Source: an uncultured Candidatus Saccharibacteria bacterium
GTDB lineage: Bacteria; Patescibacteriota; Minisyncoccia; Phycocordibacterales; Zambryskibacteraceae
Length of the DNA stretch: 64,000 bases
Assembly: GCA_964383705.1 (NCBI GenBank)
Contig: CAYLHJ010000003.1
Location: 361 to 64,360, forward strand
Direction of reading: 5' to 3'
The position numbers and the translations under genes are program-made. Of the stretch, positions 1 through 8,679 are shown in pieces. Each line of letters starts with the position of its first letter. Position 1 is the stretch's first letter. A model generated the notes under the pieces. It did not search any database, was not told the origin of the DNA, and saw only the letters and a program-made list of their open reading frames with translations.

Positions 1-231
1 ATTTGGATTCCATTCGGCTTTTATTTCACCATGATTTTTCTCATAGCTACTTACAACATGAGTAAGGTGTTGCATTAGGCGCTTTGCGTGCTCTGGAGTA
101 AAAACTAATACTTGAGTATCGGCCCCAGAAGCAAGTGCTAAAAGAAAATGATCTTCACGGAAACCAGCCTTAGCATTATCACAAAATTTCTTGGAAGAGT
201 TCCTAAATAAATCTTCATTTAATAGATCCAT
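1..231 (-). CDS. DUF3467-like protein, 3'-truncated at the window edge (absent from the ORF track)
   Basis: Hand-translated from ATG at 231: MDLLNEDLFRNSSKKFCDNAKAGFREDHFLLALASGADTQVLVFTPEHAKRLMQHLTHVVSSYEKNHGEIKAEWNPN...; TPEHAKRL...YE...GEI motif; begins 9 bp after the lexA stop. Confidence 0.65.
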   Translation of the reverse strand, partial: MDLLNEDLFRNSSKKFCDNAKAGFREDHFLLALASGADTQVLVFTPEHAKRLMQHLTHVVSSYEKNHGEIKAEWNPN

Positions 232-240
232 ATATTTATA

Positions 241-816
241 TTAGTATTTTCTTATAACCGCCTTTACAATTGCTGCAACACGAAAGCTTTCTTTTGGATA
301 AATCGGCTTAAAAAGCTTGTTTGCTGGCTCAAGATAGACTTTCCCTGATCTATCTTTCCTGAAGTATTTCATTGTCCAACCACCATCAACTTCAGCTATA
401 ACAATATCACCAAGTCTTGGATTATCTGAACGTTCTACTAGCACATAATCCCCTTCTTCAATATGAGCATCAATCATTGATTCGCCTTTCACTTCTAAAA
501 GATAACTTTTATCTTTATTATCTACAAGAAATTCTTCTATATTAAGCGAATCAAGCTCCTCAGCCTCTACAACACTGGGAATACCAGCCTCAACCAAACC
601 TAGAAGCGGTATTTCACCAATAATTTTATTAGGAGTAATGCGACCCAATGAATCTTTAGAGACAACACCCTCTTCTACAAGCCAATTAATAAGTTTGTGA
701 ACTGAATTTTTTGACTTGAAACCTAGAATGTCCATTATTTCTTTATACCCCGGCATTCGCTTATTATCACGATAGAAAGAAATTATTTTATTCTTTTGTT
801 CTTCTTTCTTTTTCAT
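241..816 (-). CDS. lexA: SOS repressor LexA
   Basis: N-terminal winged HTH (PGYKEIMDILGFKSKNSV), autocleavage site VEAG, S24 catalytic Ser (GESM) and Lys (TMKY). Confidence 0.95.
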   Translation of the reverse strand: MKKKEEQKNKIISFYRDNKRMPGYKEIMDILGFKSKNSVHKLINWLVEEGVVSKDSLGRITPNKIIGEIPLLGLVEAGIPSVVEAEELDSLNIEEFLVDNKDKSYLLEVKGESMIDAHIEEGDYVLVERSDNPRLGDIVIAEVDGGWTMKYFRKDRSGKVYLEPANKLFKPIYPKESFRVAAIVKAVIRKY

Positions 817-817
817 A

Positions 818-1015
818 TTAGAAAATCAATGAAGCAAAGCTCCATGAACTTCGTGCTCGCGCTTTTTCACTGATGTCGTTTAACATTGAAACAAGAAGTT
901 TGTGACGCTTCGCTTCTGCCCTATACGAAGCACCCTTTATGACTTTCAAATCTATCATCTCATTTATTTCAACTAATTCTCTATTGATTGTTCTTATTAA
1001 TTTTTCTTTGCTCAT
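818..1015 (-). CDS. small hypothetical protein, first gene of the lexA operon
   Basis: 65-aa ORF ending 1 bp before the lexA ATG; lies directly downstream of the LexA-box promoter. Confidence 0.75.
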   Translation of the reverse strand: MSKEKLIRTINRELVEINEMIDLKVIKGASYRAEAKRHKLLVSMLNDISEKARARSSWSFASLIF

Positions 1016-1056
1016 TTTAGTTTGAAATTACCTGACCGATAATTACTTATAAATTA

Positions 1057-1085
1057 ATTATAAGTGAACTTTGGTTCACCTGCAA
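1057..1085 (-). promoter_or_regulatory. sigma70 promoter of the orf65-lexA operon with an SOS box in its spacer
   Basis: Minus strand TTGCAG (1085-1080), 17 nt, TATAAT (1062-1057); palindrome GTGAAC-TTTG-GTTCAC (1064-1079) fills the spacer and matches the GAAC-N4-GTTC LexA box. Confidence 0.85.
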
Positions 1086-1225
1086 GAAAATTCCGAAATA
1101 AACTGGGGATAACGCGATACCTATCCCTTGATGACATAATCTTTACAAAAAACCTGTAAAGGGTATCCTCATTAGTGGAAAGATTTGTTTCTTTTTATCC
1201 ATACTAGGCCATATCGGAGGGTTCT

Positions 1226-1513
1226 ATGTCGAGACGGGCCAGAGCAAGCACCCCTCGCTCGCATCCCAACCAGATGCGCGCAAGCGCGAAAAAGAAGCTT
1301 CGGAAGAAGGAGAAGGCCCTCGAGTTAGAGCTCGAGGCAGTGAAGCTCGGGCTATCAATTCCTGAGCTTCAACAGAAGAAGTTTGTTGAAGCAATGGAAG
1401 CCGCAAGAAAGCGGAAGCTGGAAGCGGACAAGAATGGCTGGGTGCCAAGAAATAACCGGGCATCGAGACCCCCCTACTACAACTACATGGATTATTCGGG
1501 GGTTGGTTACTAA
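1226..1513 (+). CDS. basic hypothetical orphan protein
   Basis: 95-aa Lys/Arg-rich ORF, GGAGG SD upstream, hairpin terminator directly downstream. Confidence 0.6.
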   Translation: MSRRARASTPRSHPNQMRASAKKKLRKKEKALELELEAVKLGLSIPELQQKKFVEAMEAARKRKLEADKNGWVPRNNRASRPPYYNYMDYSGVGY

Positions 1514-1525
1514 GCCCCAATCCTC

Positions 1526-1556
1526 AAGGCGCGACAGCATGTCGCGCCTTTGTTTT
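1526..1556 (+). terminator. intrinsic terminator
   Basis: AAGGCGCGACA-gca-TGTCGCGCCTT followed by a T-rich tract. Confidence 0.7.
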
Positions 1557-1621
1557 GCGCCACTTAGTTAAATGTATTAAAATGATAGCCTGTTTAGCCA
1601 TTTATACTTAATCTGTTGCCT

Positions 1622-2311
1622 ATGTCATTTATAAGAAGAAATCTGTGGGGAGTTGGCTTTGTCGTTGTTTTAGGTGGAGCATTGATTGCAATGTGGTTAG
1701 CAAATAGGAGTAATGCTACCAATTATCCAACGGGAGATACATTAAAAGAGGTGGAATTTTCAATATCCGCAGATGACAATGTTAAGGGACCCCAAAATGC
1801 AAAAGTAACTCTTGTAGAATTTTCAGACTTCCAATGCCCAGCGTGTAAAGCTTATGCTCCAGTTATTGATGAATTGCTCAGCCAATACCCAAATGATTTA
1901 AGACTTGTTTACAAACACTTTCCACTTAAGACTATACATATGAGAGCAATGAATGCGGCCCAAGCTTCAGAGGCTGCAGGCAGACAAGGAAAATTCTTTG
2001 AAATGGCAAAGATTCTTTTTGATAATCAGGACAATTGGTCACGAGTTCCTGGTATTGGGGTATTTGAGTCATATGCTGAAAATCTCGGTTTAAATATTGA
2101 ACAATTTAAAAATGATTACGGCTCAGATGAAGTTAGAGACAAAATCAATGGACAGCTCGATTATGGAATAAGCTTGAACGTTAATTCCACACCGACAATC
2201 TATCTCAATGGGAAAAAGATAGAAAATCCAGCAAGCTTCGACGCCTTCAGAGGACTCATTGAAGCGGAAATAAATAAACCTTCAGAAACTACCGTATCGA
2301 TAACCCCATAA
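1622..2311 (+). CDS. dsbA: DsbA-family thiol-disulfide oxidoreductase (Thioredoxin_4), membrane-anchored
   Basis: N-terminal TM helix, EFSDFQCPAC active site, KHFPL, STPT cis-Pro loop. Confidence 0.9.
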   Translation: MSFIRRNLWGVGFVVVLGGALIAMWLANRSNATNYPTGDTLKEVEFSISADDNVKGPQNAKVTLVEFSDFQCPACKAYAPVIDELLSQYPNDLRLVYKHFPLKTIHMRAMNAAQASEAAGRQGKFFEMAKILFDNQDNWSRVPGIGVFESYAENLGLNIEQFKNDYGSDEVRDKINGQLDYGISLNVNSTPTIYLNGKKIENPASFDAFRGLIEAEINKPSETTVSITP

Positions 2312-2313
2312 AA

Positions 2314-2745
2314 ATGGATATTCAAATTCCTCGATCAATAAAAATTCTGTTCTTAATCGTCGCCCTTATTGGTTTTTTTGATGCGGTATTTCTAACCGCC
2401 AATCATTACTCTGGTATCACACCACCGTGTTTTGTGGTCCAAGGTTGTGAGCAAGTTACAACAAGTAAATATTCTGAAATTTTAGGAATCCCGGTCGCGC
2501 TTTATGGGGCAATATTTTATCTCGTAGTATTTTTCACGGCAGTTTATTTTATAGAAAAAAGAAAGCTTATTGCGCTACGTTTTCTTCACTTAATCACAAC
2601 CGTTGGCGCAATATTTTCACTTTGGTTTTTATATGTCCAAGGAATTATCATCGGTGCCTGGTGTATGTATTGTCTTATTTCAGCGGGAACATCTTTTACC
2701 CTATTTATTCTTGGTTCATTGGCTATTCACAAAAAGTGGTCTTAG
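2314..2745 (+). CDS. vitamin K epoxide reductase (VKOR) family protein
   Basis: C-x5-C..VTTSKYS, GIPVA, WCMYC redox motif, 4 TM helices; adjacent to dsbA. Confidence 0.92.
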   Translation: MDIQIPRSIKILFLIVALIGFFDAVFLTANHYSGITPPCFVVQGCEQVTTSKYSEILGIPVALYGAIFYLVVFFTAVYFIEKRKLIALRFLHLITTVGAIFSLWFLYVQGIIIGAWCMYCLISAGTSFTLFILGSLAIHKKWS

Positions 2746-2771
2746 TGCTTATAGCAAAAAAAAATTAGCAA

Positions 2772-2802
2772 TCAAAAACCCCGCATTGCGCGGGGTTTTT
2801 GA
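2772..2802. terminator. bidirectional intrinsic terminator
   Basis: TCAAAAACCCCGC...GCGGGGTTTTTGA between convergent genes. Confidence 0.8.
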
Positions 2803-2809
2803 TTTAAGT

Positions 2810-3289
2810 TTATCTCTTTGTTATTTTCGCGTAACTTGCCCAACAATGAGACGAGTAGAGCCAGGGTCGTGCACCTTCCTTCTCATAGAGATATCGCGCA
2901 TACGCCATATTCCCTTCCAAAGTATAGATGTCATACCCAAGTTTCTTTGATTCCTTTAAGTGATACTTTTCATTAATCTGCATCACACCAACATCGCTTC
3001 TGTTGACCTCACCGCGAATCACTTTACCGTTTTTATCAAATTGATTAAAACGAGATTCACAACGAGCAACATCAATCAAGATTGGTAAATCAGAGAAATA
3101 TTCTGTAACCGCCTCTTTTGTTGTCAAAGTTCTAGGGTGACTTAATTCAACATCTTCTGGGGTGTTTACAACCGTTTCCGCAGTGACCTGCGTTTCTGGA
3201 AGTGAAACATCCCCTACAGTGTTGAAACCGGAAATAACAGCGAGTAAACCGATAGTCGTGAGATTTAAGATACACGTTTTTGTTATCAA
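2810..3289 (-). CDS. lytic transglycosylase (SLT/lysozyme-like) secreted protein; start codon uncertain
   Basis: ARCES catalytic Glu, GVMQIN, GNMAYARYLY, PW...CW motifs. A promoter at 3374-3346 places the start downstream of the ORF-track start (3343); TTG at 3289 proposed. Confidence 0.75.
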   Translation of the reverse strand: MITKTCILNLTTIGLLAVISGFNTVGDVSLPETQVTAETVVNTPEDVELSHPRTLTTKEAVTEYFSDLPILIDVARCESRFNQFDKNGKVIRGEVNRSDVGVMQINEKYHLKESKKLGYDIYTLEGNMAYARYLYEKEGARPWLYSSHCWASYAKITKR

Positions 3290-3345
3290 TAATTCTGTCG
3301 TTACCGTAAAAAAACAAAATTCCAGCTCTTCACTGGAATACAAAT

Positions 3346-3374
3346 ATAATAGCAGGTCTAGAACTAAAAGTCAA
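3346..3374 (-). promoter_or_regulatory. sigma70 promoter for the transglycosylase gene
   Basis: TTGACT, 17 nt, TATTAT with extended -10 TG. Confidence 0.6.
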
Positions 3375-3505
3375 GCTTTTTATTATGAAAATAAGTGAAA
3401 ATATGCTTATTTTAAGCCATAGTTTTAAGTAAAAGTATTATGCTATTTTTATGGGTTTTTGTCTAATTTAGACAATTAAATAATCTCATTGGCATCTAGT
3501 ATTAC

Positions 3506-3534
3506 TTGACATATACCAAAGGACATGATAGGGT
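3506..3534 (+). promoter_or_regulatory. sigma70 promoter for the candidate ncRNA
   Basis: TTGACA (3506-3511), 17 nt, TAGGGT (3529-3534) with extended -10 TG. Confidence 0.55.
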
Positions 3535-3540
3535 ATCTTC

Positions 3541-3767
3541 TAGATATAAATTCAAACAAATCACAGTAATCCTGTTCCTTCTCAATCAGTTTCATCAGGC
3601 CTACTTGGGTACAGCCTGAGACAATGAAACTGAAACGGCGCTGACGGGGATCTCCCACCATATTAATTACCCTCTTTTGGGGAGAGAAAATTCTCTCGGG
3701 AATGTGGAAAGCCGAACCCGTGCGGTGTCACTCTTACGGCGCGTTCGAATGTGGACGCGCCTTTTTT
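3541..3767 (+). ncRNA. unassigned structured non-coding RNA candidate
   Basis: GC-richer intergenic stretch with no credible ORF, several long helices, an upstream promoter and a terminal hairpin (3738-3761) plus U-tract. Confidence 0.55.
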
Positions 3768-4653
3768 ATTGAATATTCACCAAATTCCTACAATCTTCCC
3801 CGCAAAATCCGTCTTTTTCAGCCTTGCAAGCATCACAAATAAGAAAATGGCGGTTGCATTCCGGTCTTTTGCAATTTACATATTGCTCGGTCTGGCTCCC
3901 ACACATATCACATTCCCCTACTACTGTATGACTATCTTTGTCATAATCGGTAACAATTCTATTATCAAATACATATAATTTACCTTTAAATCCCTGATCA
4001 GGATACTTTTTCATATAAGTTACGATGCCACCATCAAGCTGGTAGACGTCTTCAAATCCCTTACTTAACAAATACCCAGAAGCTTTTTCACATCTGACAC
4101 CGCCAGTACAAACGGTAACAATTGTTTTATCTTTAAATTTTGTTTTTAAGTTCTCTGTTGCTATCGGCAAATCTCTAAAATTTTGCATTTGAGGATTAAT
4201 TGAATTTTCAAATCTGCCGACTTTGTATTCATAATCATTTCGCATATCAATCACATAGAACTCTTTCCCTTCTTTCCTCCACCCTTCAAGCTCGTCCGGA
4301 GAAATCCTTTTGCCTGTCAACTCATACGGCTTTACATCATCACTACCCAAATGTGAACTAACAATTTCATCCCGAAATTTAACTTTAAGCTTCGGGAAAG
4401 ATTTACCGTCGCTTAGATCTTTTTTGAAGATAATATCTTCAAAACCACTGTGGCTTTTTAAATCATTACAATATTTTTCTATATTCTCCTCAGTGCCCTC
4501 TAAGGTTCCATTTATCCCTTCAGATGCAACAATGACCCTACCCTTAAGAGAAAGTTTGGCGCAAATTCTTTTTTGCTCCTCAGTCAATAATTTAGGATTT
4601 TCAACCGGCGTATATTTATAATAGAGAATAATTTCGTATTTCATTTTAAACAA
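3766..4653 (-). CDS. trhO: rhodanese-domain tRNA U34 hydroxylase TrhO (UPF0176)
   Basis: LYYKY, GRVIVASEGINGT, DMRNDYEYKVGRF, CTGGVRCEKAS, GKLYVFDNR and a Cys-rich C-terminus. Confidence 0.9.
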   Translation of the reverse strand: MFKMKYEIILYYKYTPVENPKLLTEEQKRICAKLSLKGRVIVASEGINGTLEGTEENIEKYCNDLKSHSGFEDIIFKKDLSDGKSFPKLKVKFRDEIVSSHLGSDDVKPYELTGKRISPDELEGWRKEGKEFYVIDMRNDYEYKVGRFENSINPQMQNFRDLPIATENLKTKFKDKTIVTVCTGGVRCEKASGYLLSKGFEDVYQLDGGIVTYMKKYPDQGFKGKLYVFDNRIVTDYDKDSHTVVGECDMCGSQTEQYVNCKRPECNRHFLICDACKAEKDGFCGEDCRNLVNIQ

Positions 4654-5096
4654 AGTGGATCATCGCCGCACTCTTCTCTGACAGTGGAAAGAAGAACATC
4701 AAGCGTTTTTTCTAATTCTGATCTTTTTATTTTATCAATTTTTCCCAAAAGAGCTTCCGCTTTTTTTTCAACAAATATGAAAGTCTTTCCAAAAAGCTTT
4801 TGCCCCCGCTTTGTCAGATACAAATTATGTTCCTTCCGATTATTACTATTTGTAGTCAGGGCAACATAGTTCATCTTTTCAAGCACATCAATATGGCGCG
4901 ATACCGCAGCCTCTGTCGTTTCTTGAGTTCGCGCTACCTGTTTTTGAGATATACCCGGCTTGTGATTAATAATTGAAATAACGCGAAACTGAGAAAAACT
5001 AATCTCAAAATGAGAATGAAGTTCGCGATCCAGAAACTTATCAGCAAGAAACATAAACTTATGAATCTTGAGCATTGGGTTATCTTCAAAACTCAT
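4641..5096 (-). CDS. MarR-family transcriptional regulator
   Basis: ISFSQFRVI, SQKQVA...AAVSRHIDVLE wHTH, NRK...LYLTKRG. Confidence 0.9.
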   Translation of the reverse strand: MSFEDNPMLKIHKFMFLADKFLDRELHSHFEISFSQFRVISIINHKPGISQKQVARTQETTEAAVSRHIDVLEKMNYVALTTNSNNRKEHNLYLTKRGQKLFGKTFIFVEKKAEALLGKIDKIKRSELEKTLDVLLSTVREECGDDPLCLK

Positions 5097-5116
5097 ATAA
5101 ATTTTTAAGCTAATTT

Positions 5117-6652
5117 CTACTTAAGCGTGACATTTATTGTGTCTCCTTGAGACAATCCGCTTGAAATTTCGACCATTCCATCGCTACCCACTAGGCCGGT
5201 TGTAACCGTCACTTCCTCAACCTCACCGTTATCTAGAACTTTCTGCACATAAGATTTTCCATCTCTTACTGTTATTGCGTACTGTGGAACAGAAAGAACA
5301 TTTTCCTTTGAAGCTGACTTTATCCTCAAGTTTGCCGTTAAACCACTCTTTAATCCTATAACGTCTCCGATAATTTTTATCTTAACTTTATAGTTCACTA
5401 CATCATCGACGATTGTTTCAGCTGGTTCAATGTAAAATATTTCCCCCTGATAAACAGTATCGGGGAACGCATCGAAAGTTATTGAAACAATGTTTCCAAT
5501 AGCAATCTTTCCGATATTAACTTCTGAAACATCTGCCTCAATTTCCATTTCCGCATCAGAAATAACAGAGACTAGATTCACTCCAGGAGATACAATCTCT
5601 CCAACTTCAGCATCTTGTTTGGTTACTATGCCATCTATTGGAGAACGAATGATTGTTTTTTCAAGTTGGGCGCGTACAGCATCCACTTGGGCTTGGTATT
5701 GGCCAACTCTCGCTTCTTGACTTAATACATCGTTAAACAGCAGGCTTGAGTTTTGTTGAGGCGCGGCGGTTAATTTTTCTTTTGCTGAAATTAAGTCTGA
5801 AATAGCGGTGGCAATAATTGTTCTGATATTAGAGACATCACTTTTATACTCTTCAACCGTATCTCTGTGATCTTCTATCTCAATCTCAATAGAGTTCACA
5901 GCCAAAGCAACCATGTCAATAAAATCCTTTATGCGATTTAAATTATTTTCTGCTTCAATTACATATGAATCAATATTCTGTCCAGAACTTAAAGTTTTGA
6001 GTTTAGTTAATGATTCTTTCCAAGACGTAAGAAGAAGTTCGAGTTTATATCTTTCATCATTTATCTTAACTCGAAGAGAGGTATCGACAGAAAAGATGTA
6101 TTTCCTATCGTCATCTAAAATTGAAAATTCAATACGAGTATTGCCAGCTCTCGGATTTTCAAAGAACTGATCAATTTTATTACGAAGCGCATCATCACTT
6201 TTTACATATGCATCTTCAATTTCAGCAATCATGTTTACTCTGGCGTCAGAATATTCATTTGTGCTTCCTGTTTTTATCGTAGAGAGCTTCACCATCTCCT
6301 CTCGCACGGTAGCTTCTGCTTTAGCAAGATCTGCTCGTAGCTCTGAATTATTTAAAGAGACTAAGAGTTCACCTTCTTTTACTCGAGATCCAACCGAAAC
6401 TGGAGTTGACGCTATTGTTCCCGTTTTCTCAAAACCCAAATTAACATCATGGACAGAGACCGTTTTGCCAGTAACAGCAACCTCGGCATTTACAGAACCC
6501 CGCACTACACTTATTTGCTCAATTTGACTCTTTCCGCCACGGATTATGAATATAATGGCAATAATAACGAGTAGAAGCGCCACGCTTGTTTTAGGGCGAG
6601 ATTTAACCATTCCAATTAGATTCTGTATTTTTTGTTTCATATTTTTTATCAT
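5117..6652 (-). CDS. efflux periplasmic adaptor / membrane fusion protein (HlyD/MacA-like)
   Basis: N-terminal TM, lipoyl half-motifs (VGSRVKEGELL; IRSPIDGIV), long coiled coil, C-terminal VEISSGLSQGD. Confidence 0.9.
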   Translation of the reverse strand: MIKNMKQKIQNLIGMVKSRPKTSVALLLVIIAIIFIIRGGKSQIEQISVVRGSVNAEVAVTGKTVSVHDVNLGFEKTGTIASTPVSVGSRVKEGELLVSLNNSELRADLAKAEATVREEMVKLSTIKTGSTNEYSDARVNMIAEIEDAYVKSDDALRNKIDQFFENPRAGNTRIEFSILDDDRKYIFSVDTSLRVKINDERYKLELLLTSWKESLTKLKTLSSGQNIDSYVIEAENNLNRIKDFIDMVALAVNSIEIEIEDHRDTVEEYKSDVSNIRTIIATAISDLISAKEKLTAAPQQNSSLLFNDVLSQEARVGQYQAQVDAVRAQLEKTIIRSPIDGIVTKQDAEVGEIVSPGVNLVSVISDAEMEIEADVSEVNIGKIAIGNIVSITFDAFPDTVYQGEIFYIEPAETIVDDVVNYKVKIKIIGDVIGLKSGLTANLRIKSASKENVLSVPQYAITVRDGKSYVQKVLDNGEVEEVTVTTGLVGSDGMVEISSGLSQGDTINVTLK

Positions 6653-6663
6653 TTTATTATTTT

Positions 6664-7341
6664 TTATTTATTTTTTATATCAGAAATAATTTCACCATCA
6701 GATAGTGTTATCATTCGATCTGTTAATTTTGCATATTCTGGCTCATGAGTAACCATAATTATAGTCTGTCCTTCCTTATGAAGCTCAAAAAAATTCTTTA
6801 AAACCATGTCTGATGTTTCGCTATCAAGATTGGCGGTCGGCTCATCGGCAAATATAATTTTTGGTTCATGTGCAATTGCTCGAGCGATTGAAACCCTTTG
6901 CTGTTCACCCCCCGAAAGTTGAGAAGGTATATTTTCTAATCTGTGACCAAGACCAATTCGCTCAAGTGATTTTTTTGCCTTTCTGTCAGCATCGCCACGA
7001 GATAGCCCCTGCATGAGAAGTGGGACAACAACATTTTCCAAAGCATTTAAATCTGGAATGAGAGCATAATCTTGAAAAACATAACCGAGCTCTTCTAGAC
7101 GGATTTTTGTCTTTTCATCTCCAGAAAGATCAGTCACTTCTCTTCCATCGAGATAGACTTTCCCTGATGTTGGATGATCAAGCAAACCAATCTGATACAT
7201 TAGTGTTGATTTTCCTGATCCAGATTTTCCCGTAATAGCCACAAATTCTCCCGTCTTCACTTCAAAATTTACACCCCGAAGAGCGAAGATTTCTGAATCT
7301 CCGCTTTGGAATTTTTTGACAATGTTTTCTGCTTTTATCAT
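6664..7341 (-). CDS. ABC transporter ATP-binding protein (LolD/MacB type)
   Basis: GKSGSGKST Walker [10 protein letters not shown] signature, [13 protein letters not shown]. Confidence 0.95.
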   Translation of the reverse strand: MIKAENIVKKFQSGDSEIFALRGVNFEVKTGEFVAITGKSGSGKSTLMYQIGLLDHPTSGKVYLDGREVTDLSGDEKTKIRLEELGYVFQDYALIPDLNALENVVVPLLMQGLSRGDADRKAKKSLERIGLGHRLENIPSQLSGGEQQRVSIARAIAHEPKIIFADEPTANLDSETSDMVLKNFFELHKEGQTIIMVTHEPEYAKLTDRMITLSDGEIISDIKNK

Positions 7342-7348
7342 TTTAAAA

Positions 7349-8629
7349 TTATTTCCTACCAAGAATGGCATCCAACGTATTTTGTTTTACCACTATGCGA
7401 GCAGGAATATATCCCGCGATTAATGTGGCGACAATGAGGGTAACTGCCCGCGTAGCGGTATTTGGAATTTCTGCCACAAGAATACCATCACTAAATGGAA
7501 ACTTAATTGGATGCGCTTCAATAAAAGGCACGAGGAAACCATAGAGAATGAGGAGGCCAATACTAATACCAATAATTGCATAGAAAAATGATTGAAGAAC
7601 GTATGAAAATTCAATAGCTATTGAATCAATACCAATGCCCTTTAAAATGCCGATGAATTTCCTGCGAGTAATAGCATTAACAAAAATAACGATAAAAATC
7701 GTAATTGAAGCCGCAACTAAACCAATGGTCCCAACAACATTACCCAACAACCCAAAAGTATTTTTTATATCAAGAAGAAATTTTGGCAAGGATTCTTCCC
7801 ATGTTTGTACACGAGCATAATCACCAACCCCACCACGCAACAGAATATCTTTTACTAAATTTGGGTCGGCATCCTTTTTGAGAACAATTGATATCTCATC
7901 AACATTGTAATCTGACCTGCCAATCAAATTTCGCAAAGTTGTGTCAAGCATAAACATGCGAAAATCAACTTGATCCACTTTCCCCTGCATAATACCTTTA
8001 ATAAAAAATTCTTTTGTATTTTCTCCAACAGTGAGCAAAACTTTGTCTCCTATTTCTACATCTTCAAGTAAAGTAAGCCCAGGAACCTCTATATCAAGAT
8101 ACTTTCTTAAGAAGTTCGCTCCAATAAGAATACTGTCTGTATCAGCAGAAGTAAGATAGCTACCTTCAATAACTTTAGAACTTAGATGAGTTGCTTGATC
8201 TTCAAGCTCCGGATTAATACCAGCAATTTGCCCTGAAGCCGCATTCGGGGCGTCAGTAAGACGAATCTTTGTCTTATAATTCGCTTCAACTGTTCCCCCT
8301 TCTACATATCGATAAGTAACAACTTCGGCCCAAGGCAATTGCTGGGCCTGAGCAAGAATTGACGGACTATTTTCAATATATTCTTTCTTTGGGAGAGCAG
8401 TAATTAATATATCGCCGGCATAACCCGATCTGTATACATTAGTTGAACCTTCAATAAGGCCTACAAGAACCCCTCGAACAACAACCAAATTAAGAAAAGT
8501 TAGAACCATAACAAAAATAATAAGCGTTGTGGTGGCTCGAGAAGATCCCTTTACTTGACGGAGAGCAAGAAACCAACCGACTTTAAGAGATGTAACAATA
8601 TGAGAAAGGCGCTTTTTTTGTCGCTCCAT
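7349..8629 (-). CDS. ABC transporter permease (FtsX/MacB family)
   Basis: N-terminal TM, large extracytoplasmic domain, RRKFIGILKGIG motif, C-terminal TMs ending YIPAR. Confidence 0.9.
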   Translation of the reverse strand: MERQKKRLSHIVTSLKVGWFLALRQVKGSSRATTTLIIFVMVLTFLNLVVVRGVLVGLIEGSTNVYRSGYAGDILITALPKKEYIENSPSILAQAQQLPWAEVVTYRYVEGGTVEANYKTKIRLTDAPNAASGQIAGINPELEDQATHLSSKVIEGSYLTSADTDSILIGANFLRKYLDIEVPGLTLLEDVEIGDKVLLTVGENTKEFFIKGIMQGKVDQVDFRMFMLDTTLRNLIGRSDYNVDEISIVLKKDADPNLVKDILLRGGVGDYARVQTWEESLPKFLLDIKNTFGLLGNVVGTIGLVAASITIFIVIFVNAITRRKFIGILKGIGIDSIAIEFSYVLQSFFYAIIGISIGLLILYGFLVPFIEAHPIKFPFSDGILVAEIPNTATRAVTLIVATLIAGYIPARIVVKQNTLDAILGRK

Positions 8630-8653
8630 AATAAAGCAATATTCAGAATAACA

Positions 8654-8679
8654 AAAATACTTGATTAATCAAGTATTTT
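8654..8679. promoter_or_regulatory. perfect 26-bp palindrome; candidate MarR operator or terminator
   Basis: AAAATACTTGATTAATCAAGTATTTT overlaps a minus-strand TTGATT-16-TGnTATTCT promoter 25 bp upstream of the permease start. Confidence 0.45.

Noticed and set aside
3586-3633. Possible hammerhead ribozyme (CTGA...GAAAC; CTGATGA on the minus strand)
   Set aside because: No stem II between CUGANGA and GAAA on either strand, so the core is not satisfied
3637-3729. c-di-AMP (ydaO) riboswitch controlling the lytic transglycosylase
   Set aside because: The partial matches are on the + strand, pointing away from the gene; the 3' consensus is incomplete; the gene has its own nearer promoter
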